Positions 9,329-17,705 of a stretch of 30,255 nt of DNA are shown one piece after another. Both the position numbers and the translations under genes were made by a program. Numbering within the stretch: the stretch's first letter is position 1; the number at the start of each line of letters is the position of its first letter. The notes below the pieces were generated by a model. The model was not told where the DNA came from and searched no databases. It was given only the letters and a program-made list of their open reading frames with translations. The DNA is from Candidatus Curtissbacteria bacterium RIFCSPLOWO2_01_FULL_37_9 (GTDB taxonomy: Bacteria; Patescibacteriota; Microgenomatia; Curtissbacterales; GWA2-41-24), in contig MFBN01000014.1 in the NCBI GenBank assembly GCA_001776425.1, positions 11,596 through 41,850 of the forward strand, written 5' to 3'.

Positions 9329-9409
9329 TACCCAAAATACTTCAATTTGCAACCATAAAAGTATTTTGGGTACACAACCGGCTAACGAGAGTTGCAAACT
9401 CGAGTTAGT
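9329..9409. other. Two hairpins with mutually complementary loops
   Basis: Perfect 14-bp IR TACCCAAAATACTT (9329-9342)/AAGTATTTTGGGTA (9359-9372). Its loop TTTGCAAC (9346-9353) is the reverse complement of GTTGCAAA (9391-9398), which lies inside the second stem GGCTAAC/GTTAGTC (9380-9409). Confidence 0.55.
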
Positions 9410-9472
9410 CGAGTTTATAATCCCACAAAACTTTTTGCAATTGACAATTATCAATTGCCGGAACTTACGCCC

Positions 9473-9502
9473 TTGACGTCTTGTTATTTTCAATTTACTA
9501 TT
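9473..9502 (+). promoter_or_regulatory. Putative promoter of the rpmF operon
   Basis: TTGACG (9473-9478), N18, TACTAT (9497-9502); a second TACTAT occurs 7 nt later because of a heptamer duplication. Confidence 0.5.
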
Positions 9503-9517
9503 TACTATTAACTTATC

Positions 9518-9712
9518 ATGACACCGTTACCGAAAAAAAAACACGCAAAATCAAGAACCAAAATTCGCCAAGCCGCATTAAAATATAAAATGCCTCATTT
9601 GGTTAAATGTTCAAATTGCTCGCAGTTAAAATTTACACATCAGGTATGCACAAAATGCGGCTATTATAAAGGAGTAAAACAACAAATAAAAATTAAGGAA
9701 TCAAAAAAATAA
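9518..9712 (+). CDS. rpmF: 50S ribosomal protein L32 (zinc-ribbon type)
   Basis: MTPLPKKKHAKSRTKIR and CSNC...HQVCTKCGYYKG. Confidence 0.95.
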   Translation: MTPLPKKKHAKSRTKIRQAALKYKMPHLVKCSNCSQLKFTHQVCTKCGYYKGVKQQIKIKESKK

Positions 9713-9720
9713 ATCAACGC

Positions 9721-10098
9721 ATGAAGAAGAAAAATGATCCCCGGCATAGAATTCGAATAAATACGATTAAAAGCCTTTTTGAAAAAAGTTTTCGGGATAA
9801 TACTGTAATTTTACACAATAATTTAGCAAAGAGAATTATTAAAAAACAAAAGGATATAGATACACTTATTGTAAAACACGCACCTGCCTGGCCAATAAAT
9901 CAAATTCCGCCTATTGATCTTGCTACGCTTAGACTGGCAATATGGGAACTTGTATATAAAAAGCCTAAAAACCCTTATAAAGTAGTAATAGACGAGGCTG
10001 TTGAAATCGCTAAAGAATTCGGATCGGAATCCTCTGCTGCTTTTGTGAACGGAGTACTCGGATCATTAGTAAAAACAACTAATAAAACAAACACCTAA
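9721..10098 (+). CDS. nusB: Transcription antitermination factor NusB
   Basis: IDLATLRLAIWEL, VVIDEAVEIAKEFG, FVNGVLG. Confidence 0.93.
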   Translation: MKKKNDPRHRIRINTIKSLFEKSFRDNTVILHNNLAKRIIKKQKDIDTLIVKHAPAWPINQIPPIDLATLRLAIWELVYKKPKNPYKVVIDEAVEIAKEFGSESSAAFVNGVLGSLVKTTNKTNT

Positions 10099-10102
10099 AT
10101 AA

Positions 10103-10348
10103 ATGACAGATATTTTGGAAGAAATTAAACAAATTATCAGTACTCAGTTTGGTATCCCGGTAGAAAAAATACAGGAAGACTCGCTACTCGATGAGGATTT
10201 AAGCATTACTGATTTGGATCTTGAAGATTTCATGGGATTTGTTCAAAAGAAGTATGAAATTAATATTGACCAGGAACAATTTCCGTCATTTAAAAAAGTT
10301 TCCGATATAGTTTCCTATCTTTATGATAATCTCGAAATCTCAAACTGA
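10103..10348 (+). CDS. Acyl carrier protein-like protein with Asp at the phosphopantetheine attachment site
   Basis: Acidic 81-aa protein aligning without gaps to the ACP pattern (IKQIISTQFG...EDL..., VSDIVSYL), located next to rnc as acpP commonly is. The GADSLD motif reads SITDLD. Confidence 0.75.
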   Translation: MTDILEEIKQIISTQFGIPVEKIQEDSLLDEDLSITDLDLEDFMGFVQKKYEINIDQEQFPSFKKVSDIVSYLYDNLEISN

Positions 10349-11027
10349 CTGGACAAAATTACAGCAAACAATCGGTATTAAATTCATAAATATTGATCTT
10401 TTAAATAATGCTTTTGTCCACAGATCATATCTTAATGAACATAAAAATTATAAAGGGAATTCCAACGAAAGGTTGGAATTTTTAGGGGATTCGGTTCTTT
10501 CATTGGTGGTTTCCATATACTTATATAAAAGGCTTCCCAAAAGCACCGAAGGCGAGTTGACCATGCTCAGAGCTTCACTTGTCAGAACAGAAACTCTTTC
10601 AAAATTAGCACTAAGCCTTAATTTAGGCACATATCTTTATCTTTCAAAAGGTGAAGAAGAATCAAACGGCCGCAATAGCCGGTCTATTCTTGCCAATACT
10701 TTTGAGGCATTAATCGGGGCAATTTATCTGGATCAGGGATTATTAAAAACCCAAAAAGTTCTTGAAAAACTCATTTTAAAAAAATGGGAAACTTTGACCA
10801 AAACCGCAGTATTTGATAATAAATCAAAACTTCAGGAAGTCTTACAGAGAAAATATCATAAATCACCAAATTATAAACTTCTTACAAGCTGGGGACCTGA
10901 TCATGCCCGCGAGTTTCGAATCGGGGTTTATTTGGATACAAAGCTATTGGGTAAGGGTATTGGCAAAAATAAACAGGAGGCTGCCCAAAATGCGGCTAAA
11001 GAAGCCTTATCTGGACTAAAAACATAA
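10323..11027 (+). CDS. rnc: Ribonuclease III
   Basis: AFVHRSY, NERLEFLGD signature, ANTFEALIGAIYLDQG, dsRBD (KSKLQE...GPDH...GKNKQEAAQNAA). Overlaps the ACP-like gene by 26 nt. Confidence 0.97.
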   Translation: MIISKSQTDWTKLQQTIGIKFINIDLLNNAFVHRSYLNEHKNYKGNSNERLEFLGDSVLSLVVSIYLYKRLPKSTEGELTMLRASLVRTETLSKLALSLNLGTYLYLSKGEEESNGRNSRSILANTFEALIGAIYLDQGLLKTQKVLEKLILKKWETLTKTAVFDNKSKLQEVLQRKYHKSPNYKLLTSWGPDHAREFRIGVYLDTKLLGKGIGKNKQEAAQNAAKEALSGLKT

Positions 11028-11108
11028 ATTCTGCGATAATTACATCCAAATTAAATCAAGGATAATTATTAATAACCTTATTTTATATATTTAATTTTAT
11101 CAATTATC

Positions 11109-11351
11109 ATGGCAGTCAGAATTAGGCTTTCAAAAGTCGGTAAAAAACACCAAATATCCTTTAGGATTGTTGCACAGGACACAAAAACAAAAAGAGACGG
11201 AAAATTTATTGAAGCTTTAGGTTTTTGGAACCCTCATAAAAAACCCCCGGAAGATTTTTCTGTTAATCCCCAAAGGTTAAATTATTGGATATCAAAAGGT
11301 GCCAAGCCAACATTAAGCGTAAATAAACTTATAAAATTATCCGGCATTTGA
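11109..11351 (+). CDS. rpsP: 30S ribosomal protein S16
   Basis: MAVRIRLSKVGKK...FRIVAQD...RDGKFIEALGFWNP, YWISKGAKPT. Confidence 0.96.
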   Translation: MAVRIRLSKVGKKHQISFRIVAQDTKTKRDGKFIEALGFWNPHKKPPEDFSVNPQRLNYWISKGAKPTLSVNKLIKLSGI

Positions 11352-11418
11352 AAAAACCACATAAAATCACAATACCCTGTATTTTATAAATGCGATTGGG
11401 TATTACGCAAATTTAAAA

Positions 11419-11652
11419 ATGGAAAAATTGTTACTTTTACTTGTTGAACCTTTAGTTAAAGACATTAAAAAAATAAAAATTGAAAAGGAGAGAGAAGAAA
11501 ATAGAATTAAATATATTCTTCAAATACCAAAGGGAGATATTGCAAAAGTCATTGGAAAATCAGGCAAAATGATTAAAGCTATTAATAGTCTGCTTAAATT
11601 AAGAGCAATAAAAGAAAATATGTACGCCTCATGCGAACTTCAGGAAGTTTAA
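11419..11652 (+). CDS. khpA: Single KH-domain RNA-binding protein (KhpA/YlqC family)
   Basis: 77 aa with KVIGKSGKMIKAI (GxxG loop); conserved position between rpsP and trmD. Confidence 0.8.
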   Translation: MEKLLLLLVEPLVKDIKKIKIEKEREENRIKYILQIPKGDIAKVIGKSGKMIKAINSLLKLRAIKENMYASCELQEV

Positions 11653-12326
11653 ACATCAACGTCATTACTCTTTTTCCTCAGATGTTTAATGGAGTAATTA
11701 CTAAATCAATAATTAATAGGGCAATTCAAAAAAAAATAGTTTCGGTGAATTTCATCAATTTAAGGAATTTTGCCAATGACAAGCACAAAACCGTTGACGA
11801 TAAACCTTATGGAGGCGGCCGTGGTATGCTGCTTAAAGTTGATGTTACGGTTAAAGCATTAGAATCTATAAAATTGCAAACTTACAAGATCCTATTATCT
11901 GCTTCCGGGCAAAAATACAACCAAAAATTAGCTACGGATCTTGCAAAGAAAAAAGACATTACAATTATATGCGGCCATTACGAAGGGATAGATTCCAGAA
12001 TTGAAAAATTTGTTGATCAGTCAATTTCTATTGGTGATTTCATATTATCCGGTGGAGAAATTGCTGCCATGGTAATTATAGATTCAATTATCAGATTAAT
12101 TCCCGGTGTTATTCATAAAGAATCATCACGCAATGAATCTTTTTCAGATACATCCGCTTTTCTTGAGTACCCGCAATATACCCGGCCTGATAATTTTAGG
12201 GGTTTAAAAGTTCCCAAAATTCTGCTTTCGGGTAATCATCAGGCAATTAAATCTTGGCAAAATATACAATCTGTAAAAAGAACCGAAAAAATACGCCCTG
12301 ATCTTATAAAAACAGGTAATAAATAA
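11631..12326 (+). CDS. trmD: tRNA (guanine37-N1)-methyltransferase
   Basis: ITLFP, VDDKPYGGGRGM, ICGHYEGIDSR, SIGDFILSGGE, LEYPQYTRP, LLSGNH. Confidence 0.97.
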   Translation: MRTSGSLNINVITLFPQMFNGVITKSIINRAIQKKIVSVNFINLRNFANDKHKTVDDKPYGGGRGMLLKVDVTVKALESIKLQTYKILLSASGQKYNQKLATDLAKKKDITIICGHYEGIDSRIEKFVDQSISIGDFILSGGEIAAMVIIDSIIRLIPGVIHKESSRNESFSDTSAFLEYPQYTRPDNFRGLKVPKILLSGNHQAIKSWQNIQSVKRTEKIRPDLIKTGNK

Positions 12327-12328
12327 CT

Positions 12329-13135
12329 TTAAAAGGGCGCAAACAAATCTGGTCTGCCAAGAGGTACTGATGGTGCAGGTGCCACCGGCGGCCCGGAAGG
12401 TATATTAGCTATTTCAGTTTTAATTTTCGCTAATAAATTTTTTTCCGATTCTGTTAATTCTGTTACCGGTGCTTCAATATTTGAAAGCTGAGTAATCATC
12501 GGTTTCCAATATGCCTCGATTTGTAAAGATACCCTGATTTGTGAGGAACCGGAAGTAGATAAGGAAGACCCTATACTTAGATCCTCAACAGCAACTATTC
12601 TGGGCATTGATCGCAATATTTTTAAAAACTGCATAAACGAATTATAATCACCGCTGATTGAAGCTTTTAGTTGAACCTTAGTATTAATTAAATCCGCACC
12701 TTTACTTTCAGGTGAAGAGGCTGTCGGAGCAGGTTGAGGTTTGTTTTCTACTGTACCGCTTAATGATCCCGGGGATACTTCCAGACGATTTAAAAGCACT
12801 CCGGAATTGGCTGCTGCCGATTCAATTTGCTCTATAAAAGTAAAAACTCCTTTATCGGATGGTAACATTTGTTCGCTGGATGCCAGTTGCTCCTCAAGCT
12901 CAATCTGGTCAAGATTTCGCAGTACATTTACTTTACTATCCATGGATTGAACACGGGTAGTCAATTCAGCAGTGGCGGTTTTTAATCTTAAAACTTCTGT
13001 AAATTTTGGCCAGACTATTAATAAAAGAATTAACATTGAAACAGCCAATGAACCCACAGGTACGGCTAAATTGGTAACTTTTTCAAAAATTAAACTGTTT
13101 TGAATTTTCAATACTGATAAGGCCGGTAATTGCAT
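12329..13135 (-). CDS. pilO: Type IV pilus alignment protein, PilO-like
   Basis: N-terminal TM helix, coiled coil, LP..K motif, ISGDYNSFMQFLKILRSMPRIVAVEDL; follows pilM and pilN. Confidence 0.7.
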   Translation of the reverse strand: MQLPALSVLKIQNSLIFEKVTNLAVPVGSLAVSMLILLLIVWPKFTEVLRLKTATAELTTRVQSMDSKVNVLRNLDQIELEEQLASSEQMLPSDKGVFTFIEQIESAAANSGVLLNRLEVSPGSLSGTVENKPQPAPTASSPESKGADLINTKVQLKASISGDYNSFMQFLKILRSMPRIVAVEDLSIGSSLSTSGSSQIRVSLQIEAYWKPMITQLSNIEAPVTELTESEKNLLAKIKTEIANIPSGPPVAPAPSVPLGRPDLFAPF

Positions 13136-13137
13136 AC

Positions 13138-13680
13138 TTATTTTTTATTAACTAACTGGGCCGTAATATTAAATGTAAACAGCCCCAGTTCATTAGAACT
13201 TAATGAATCAATAGAAACCTGGTTAAAATATTTAGCTCCTTCGGAGGATAATAGGGAAGATACAAGACCGGCTACATCTGCAGAGGACTGGGCTCTGGCG
13301 GATAATGAAACTTTACCTGATGTAAATTTAGCATCGGTAAAATAAACCCCCTGAGGTATTAACTTTGAAATATTTTCGAAAATATCAGCAAAATCTGTTC
13401 TTGAAGACACCAACTTTTCTGCTGAAGATGCTTTATCCTTAACAACAACAATTAATTCCTCCGTAGATTTTAAAGATTCAATCTGCCCTGAACTGGCTTC
13501 AACAGAAGCAACCAACTTAGACCTTTTTGAGGAAAATGAGCTAAATAAAACAAGAATTATAAAAGTAACAATACCTGTAATAACCAAGACAACTACCGAT
13601 ACAATCGAAATCCGCTTTACCAGAATTGAGAAATTCTCCTGATCTCTTGCCGCAACCGGTAATAAATTTATGTCCGCCAT
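13138..13680 (-). CDS. pilN: Type IV pilus alignment protein, PilN-like
   Basis: N-terminal INLLP (PilM-binding motif), TM helix, ISKLIPQGVYFT, SARAQSSADVA. Confidence 0.8.
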   Translation of the reverse strand: MADINLLPVAARDQENFSILVKRISIVSVVVLVITGIVTFIILVLFSSFSSKRSKLVASVEASSGQIESLKSTEELIVVVKDKASSAEKLVSSRTDFADIFENISKLIPQGVYFTDAKFTSGKVSLSARAQSSADVAGLVSSLLSSEGAKYFNQVSIDSLSSNELGLFTFNITAQLVNKK

Positions 13681-13706
13681 ATACTTTAATTTTAGCGTAG
13701 CAAATA

Positions 13707-14723
13707 TTAGCTGTTAAGAGCAAGACCGGTTGCCACGCTGAATATACCTCCCTTACCAACCATTTGTAAGATTACTCCTTCTTTAACAAAATCTGCCCAG
13801 GCATCACCAAGTGAAACTTCTAAATTGGTCCTTTGGGTTAAAAACTGGGATATTCCCGGCAAAAAAGCGCCACCACCACATATAACTAGTCTGGAGACAG
13901 GCAGATCTTTGGTATGCATATGAGAAAATTCAATTGCTTTTTGGATCTCTCCAATTAAAACATCCAATACCGGCTTTAGGACATCGGCTACTTTTCCGGA
14001 GAGTTTATCCTCTAAAATACCGTATGTTTGTTTATATTGTTCAGCCTGATTTTGGGGAAGATTAAATTCCGTCATAATTGCTTTTGTTAAATTCACTCCG
14101 CCTGTTGCTACCGATCTTGTAAACAATACATTTCCGTTATCAGCAATCACCAAATCCGTAGAAATTGCACCCATAGAAACTATTATTGTCGGTGGTTCAC
14201 CGACTTTAGTCAGGGCTCTGGCTAATGCCATTGATTCGGTTTCCATGGCAACTATCTTCAGTCCGGCATTTTTAACGATATTAATATATTTAGAAATCAT
14301 TCTTTTGGGGGCTGCTACCAAAAGAACGTCCATTTTTTCTGAAGTGGATTCAGGTCTTGAAATAATTTTATACTGCAAATTCACATCTTTTATAGGTAAT
14401 GGGATATATTGTTCAGCTTCCCAGCTGACAGCAGCAGACAATTCTTTATCTGTTAAATTGGGAAGCTGAATTAATCTTGTAACTACCTGCGATTCGATTA
14501 AAGATACAATGCAGTTTTGGAGGGTAATATTGGATTTGGCAACACAGGCCTTGACGCTTTCGGAAACTTTCATTAAATCAACCGGAGCCTCGCTCATAGG
14601 ACCGCCTAAAGGAGTTTGAAAGCTGGCAGCTGCTTCTAATATTTTTCTATTGCCACTTTTTTTAACTTTTACTGCTTTTATAAATGACCTTCCTATGTCA
14701 AGGCCGAAGAATTGGGCAGACAT
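13707..14723 (-). CDS. pilM: Type IV pilus assembly protein PilM (actin-like)
   Basis: FGLDIG...IKAV, WEAEQYIPLP, DVLLVAAPK, METESMALARA, VICGGGA, SVATGLAL. Confidence 0.92.
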   Translation of the reverse strand: MSAQFFGLDIGRSFIKAVKVKKSGNRKILEAAASFQTPLGGPMSEAPVDLMKVSESVKACVAKSNITLQNCIVSLIESQVVTRLIQLPNLTDKELSAAVSWEAEQYIPLPIKDVNLQYKIISRPESTSEKMDVLLVAAPKRMISKYINIVKNAGLKIVAMETESMALARALTKVGEPPTIIVSMGAISTDLVIADNGNVLFTRSVATGGVNLTKAIMTEFNLPQNQAEQYKQTYGILEDKLSGKVADVLKPVLDVLIGEIQKAIEFSHMHTKDLPVSRLVICGGGAFLPGISQFLTQRTNLEVSLGDAWADFVKEGVILQMVGKGGIFSVATGLALNS

Positions 14724-14728
14724 TAATA

Positions 14729-15022
14729 TTATTGGGAAGGAGAAATATCTTCTCCTGTGTTTTCCAAATTATCTGGTTCCGTAATTGGTTGAGCCGAGTC
14801 AGTAGCAGGAGAAGATATTGGTGTGGGTGTTGTAACAATAACCTGTTTTGGAACTCTGTTTCTAACCGTATTTTGGATAGCAGATTGATCAATCGTGCGC
14901 GAACCAGAATCAACTTGTGGATCTTCCTGCGTTTTAGAACCCAAAAAGATTAAAAGCAAAGCAGGAATAATTATTGCTGCTGCACCCACAAAAGTTAAAA
15001 TTAATTTAGTCTGTTTATTCAT
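14729..15022 (-). CDS. Small bitopic membrane protein with Pro/Thr/Ser-rich tail, function unknown
   Basis: N-terminal TM (LILTFVGAAAIIIPALLLIFLG), then low-complexity VTTPTPISSPATDSAQP. Its start overlaps the pilX-like stop by 1 nt (TAATG). Confidence 0.7.
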   Translation of the reverse strand: MNKQTKLILTFVGAAAIIIPALLLIFLGSKTQEDPQVDSGSRTIDQSAIQNTVRNRVPKQVIVTTPTPISSPATDSAQPITEPDNLENTGEDISPSQ

Positions 15023-15822
15023 TATTTAACAATATCTCCCTCTGAATACAAAACATAGTCAAATACAGCCGGTAGTTGAGGCAGGGCAGTTTTTCTAACT
15101 TGAACCCTTCTAGTAACCCCTATTTCGGAAGTTGCCTCGGAATTAATATCATAAGTTTGAACAGGCAATTCACAACCTGCACTAATACAAGAAACTTTTA
15201 CAGTTGCCTTATTCCATAACGGCTTGATTCTTAAAAGAACAGGATCAGGAGTAGTTATAATCCATTCTCCACATTTGTCAAAATTAGTACTAGGAGAACT
15301 ACAACTTGGAGTAGGGTTTCCAATTGGTACAAGTTCATCAGCCCTACCTAAAATACCTTGCCAGAATATTCTTGACTGTCCATAATTACCTCCACCAGAA
15401 TTATTTACAAGTGTCAGTTCGACAGACGCTATATTTGCTTTTTCTAGTGGATCACTGCTTTTCGACCAATCAATTTGTAAAGTAAAAGGACTAGTCATAT
15501 TCAAAAGATCAATTTGGCCGATTTCGCCGGGCTGAATCGTTGATTCATAAATCTGGCTTGATTTAACAGTAACATTTGCGGTAATGTCACCAACTGTAAC
15601 CGGAAATGTCTGACTGCCCGTTGCCGGAGCTACTGTAGTTAACCTTGACAATATATCCTCCACGCCGCCTTCAGCTGCTGTAAATGCCCTTTGGGATTGT
15701 TCTGTTTGAGTAGAAATACGTAAATTAGTGATATTTCGAGAAGCCACCGAAAGCCCGACAGCCAAAGCTACGACTACTATCAATAGAACGATAATTAAAA
15801 TCTGTCCTCGCCTTTTTTTCAT
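15022..15822 (-). CDS. Minor pilin, PilX-like
   Basis: Prepilin-like RRG|QILIIVLLIV lacking Glu5, plus QRAFTAAEGGVE typical of the PilX N-terminal domain. Confidence 0.75.
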   Translation of the reverse strand: MKKRRGQILIIVLLIVVVALAVGLSVASRNITNLRISTQTEQSQRAFTAAEGGVEDILSRLTTVAPATGSQTFPVTVGDITANVTVKSSQIYESTIQPGEIGQIDLLNMTSPFTLQIDWSKSSDPLEKANIASVELTLVNNSGGGNYGQSRIFWQGILGRADELVPIGNPTPSCSSPSTNFDKCGEWIITTPDPVLLRIKPLWNKATVKVSCISAGCELPVQTYDINSEATSEIGVTRRVQVRKTALPQLPAVFDYVLYSEGDIVK

Positions 15823-15833
15823 CCTTTAATTCC

Positions 15834-15863
15834 AGTTTAGGTATATTCGGATCCGGTTGTCAA
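15834..15863 (-). promoter_or_regulatory. Possible internal promoter upstream of the pilX-like gene
   Basis: Minus strand TTGACA (15863-15858), N18, TAAACT (15839-15834), in a 70-nt intergenic gap. Confidence 0.4.
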
Positions 15864-15892
15864 TTGCCTTAATTGATTTAAACCAAAAAAGT

Positions 15893-16468
15893 CTAGTATT
15901 GCCGCAAAGAAATAGTTGTATTAAATTTAACGTTTGCCAGAAAATCTTCTCTGGAAGGTGCGTCTTTACCCTGATTTAATATTAATTCGATATTAATAAA
16001 CGGGGGTGTTTCGGAACTGGATGGCTTAACCACATCAAGTTTTGAACAATCTACATCAACTCCGGTTATAGGATCCTGATTAGTTAAACTTGTATATTCC
16101 GGGGCTGAATCTGTTCTTATGGCTATATAGGCATTTAGTTCTGCAGAAGCACTAAAACAAGCAATATGCAAAGGTTCATTATCATACCGGTTTAGTACAA
16201 TATATTTTGCGTCATTTCCATCAGGTGAATCTGCATCCGTAGAATTTCTAATTTGCCGTTCCAAAGTATCAATTACCAATTGCCCGTTTTGCTTAACCTC
16301 ATTAGTAACGCTGGCTTTATTATTTCCCCTTAGAATAGATGTTAAAAAAAGCAGGGTAATACCAATTGTCAGGGATAAAAGCCCTAAAACTACCAGAAAT
16401 TCAACCAATGTAAAACCCTTCAAGTTCTTAGATTCAAATTCTGGGATTTGATTTTTAATAAAATGCAT
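15893..16468 (-). CDS. Minor pilin, PilW-like (prepilin N-methylation motif)
   Basis: KG|FTLVEFLVVLG class III signal peptide followed by an amphipathic helix. Confidence 0.8.
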   Translation of the reverse strand: MHFIKNQIPEFESKNLKGFTLVEFLVVLGLLSLTIGITLLFLTSILRGNNKASVTNEVKQNGQLVIDTLERQIRNSTDADSPDGNDAKYIVLNRYDNEPLHIACFSASAELNAYIAIRTDSAPEYTSLTNQDPITGVDVDCSKLDVVKPSSSETPPFINIELILNQGKDAPSREDFLANVKFNTTISLRQY

Positions 16469-16486
16469 TATTTTTTAAATATACTA

Positions 16487-16969
16487 TTAGATATAATCCC
16501 ACTTAGTCAAAATAGTCTGGTCTGTAACATTTTGCTTGCCTGCTGAATCTTCCCAAGTTATGGATACGGTTATTATTTTTTTATTTGCATTCGAGTTATC
16601 CGGTTCAATAATTAAATAGCGGTTGAAAAGCGTGCTATTTAAAGTAATCGCTTCTCCAACCGGGCATGGAGGTGCAACCGAATTTAAACTCCAATTCAGA
16701 GGATCCGCGTCAGTTGCATTTAATATGTAACAACTCCCCTCACTGAGCGCGTTAAAGCCTCTATGATCCCTATAAATTCTAATTTGTTCTAAAGTTTCCT
16801 GTGCAAGTTTAGTGGCTTGTGAATTGTTGCGGGCGCTTCTGGATGTTCTTTGAGTTATCAGGCTTGTCGTAACCAGAGAAATTGCCAAAAGTACCACAAC
16901 TCCCAGACCAATTACCACTTCGATCATTGACTGGCCGCGCAGTTTGTATTTAGTAATTTTAATCATCAT
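16487..16969 (-). CDS. Minor pilin, PilV-like
   Basis: RG|QSMIEVVIGLG with Glu5, QATKLAQETLEQIR, KKIITVSITW. Confidence 0.75.
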   Translation of the reverse strand: MMIKITKYKLRGQSMIEVVIGLGVVVLLAISLVTTSLITQRTSRSARNNSQATKLAQETLEQIRIYRDHRGFNALSEGSCYILNATDADPLNWSLNSVAPPCPVGEAITLNSTLFNRYLIIEPDNSNANKKIITVSITWEDSAGKQNVTDQTILTKWDYI

Positions 16970-16973
16970 TCAT

Positions 16974-17699
16974 TTATAATTTCTTTTCCGAAACTTCTCC
17001 TGTTGAAGACATGATCACTTGATACGTACTTCCGCCATGACTGCTAATTTCGATAATTAAAGCACCGGTATACCGTGGATCGATGATTAAACCACCATCA
17101 TCGAGAAAATTCGGAGGTATGGATTGTCCATCATGCAATGAAGGCACATTAGTTAATGGTCGAAATAAAATTGATGCAGAAGTTCCTAAACCTACGTTAA
17201 TACCGCTAATAATTATGCCTTTAGGTAAAGCTACAATTTTTTCGCCTATGATTATTTCAGTCCAAGGAGGTTGAGTAGCATCTATACAATCCCCGGCTAT
17301 AGTATAAGTATCACTGTCTTTTACAAAAGAAACATACCAACCGATTAAAGATGACGCTGATATAGATGTCTGACATTTACCGTCAATTTTGTCTCCGGAA
17401 AGGGCTCTATTTTGGGCAAGCCTGATTTCACTCGTTATAGTCTGGGCAGCGTTTTTAAGCCGCTGATTGCGCTCAAAACTGACATATGATGCGGTAATCA
17501 GGGAAGTAGTTAGGCCAAATATAGAAATAACAATTAAAAGCTCAATTAATGTGAAGCCTGGAAGACGAACATTAATAAGCTTTCTTCTTAGGGTGAATTC
17601 ACATTGACAAGTGACATGTAGCAAGTTACATTTGACAAATTCTTTTAATTTGTTGAATGTTAAATGTTTATAGCTAACAGTTCGCAAAACGCGGGGCAT
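16974..17699 (-). CDS. Minor pilin, FimT/GspH-like, with a long 48-aa leader
   Basis: PG|FTLIELLIVISIFG at residues 47-62; LKNAAQTITSEIRLAQNRAL helix. No closer in-frame ATG/GTG/TTG was found. Confidence 0.75.
   Translation of the reverse strand: MPRVLRTVSYKHLTFNKLKEFVKCNLLHVTCQCEFTLRRKLINVRLPGFTLIELLIVISIFGLTTSLITASYVSFERNQRLKNAAQTITSEIRLAQNRALSGDKIDGKCQTSISASSLIGWYVSFVKDSDTYTIAGDCIDATQPPWTEIIIGEKIVALPKGIIISGINVGLGTSASILFRPLTNVPSLHDGQSIPPNFLDDGGLIIDPRYTGALIIEISSHGGSTYQVIMSSTGEVSEKKL
17603..17685. repeat. Degenerate heptamer tandem repeats inside the prepilin leader
   Basis: ATTGACA AGTGACA TGTAGCA AGTTACA TTTGACA (17603-17637) and TGTTGAA TGTTAAA TGTTTAT AGCTAAC AGTTCGC (17651-17685). Confidence 0.65.
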
Positions 17700-17705
17700 T
17701 ACTTA

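Noticed and set aside
11371-11404. Hairpin AATACCC...GGGTATT between rpsP and khpA
   Set aside because: No U-tract, so not called a terminator; a single ordinary stem with no further evidence.
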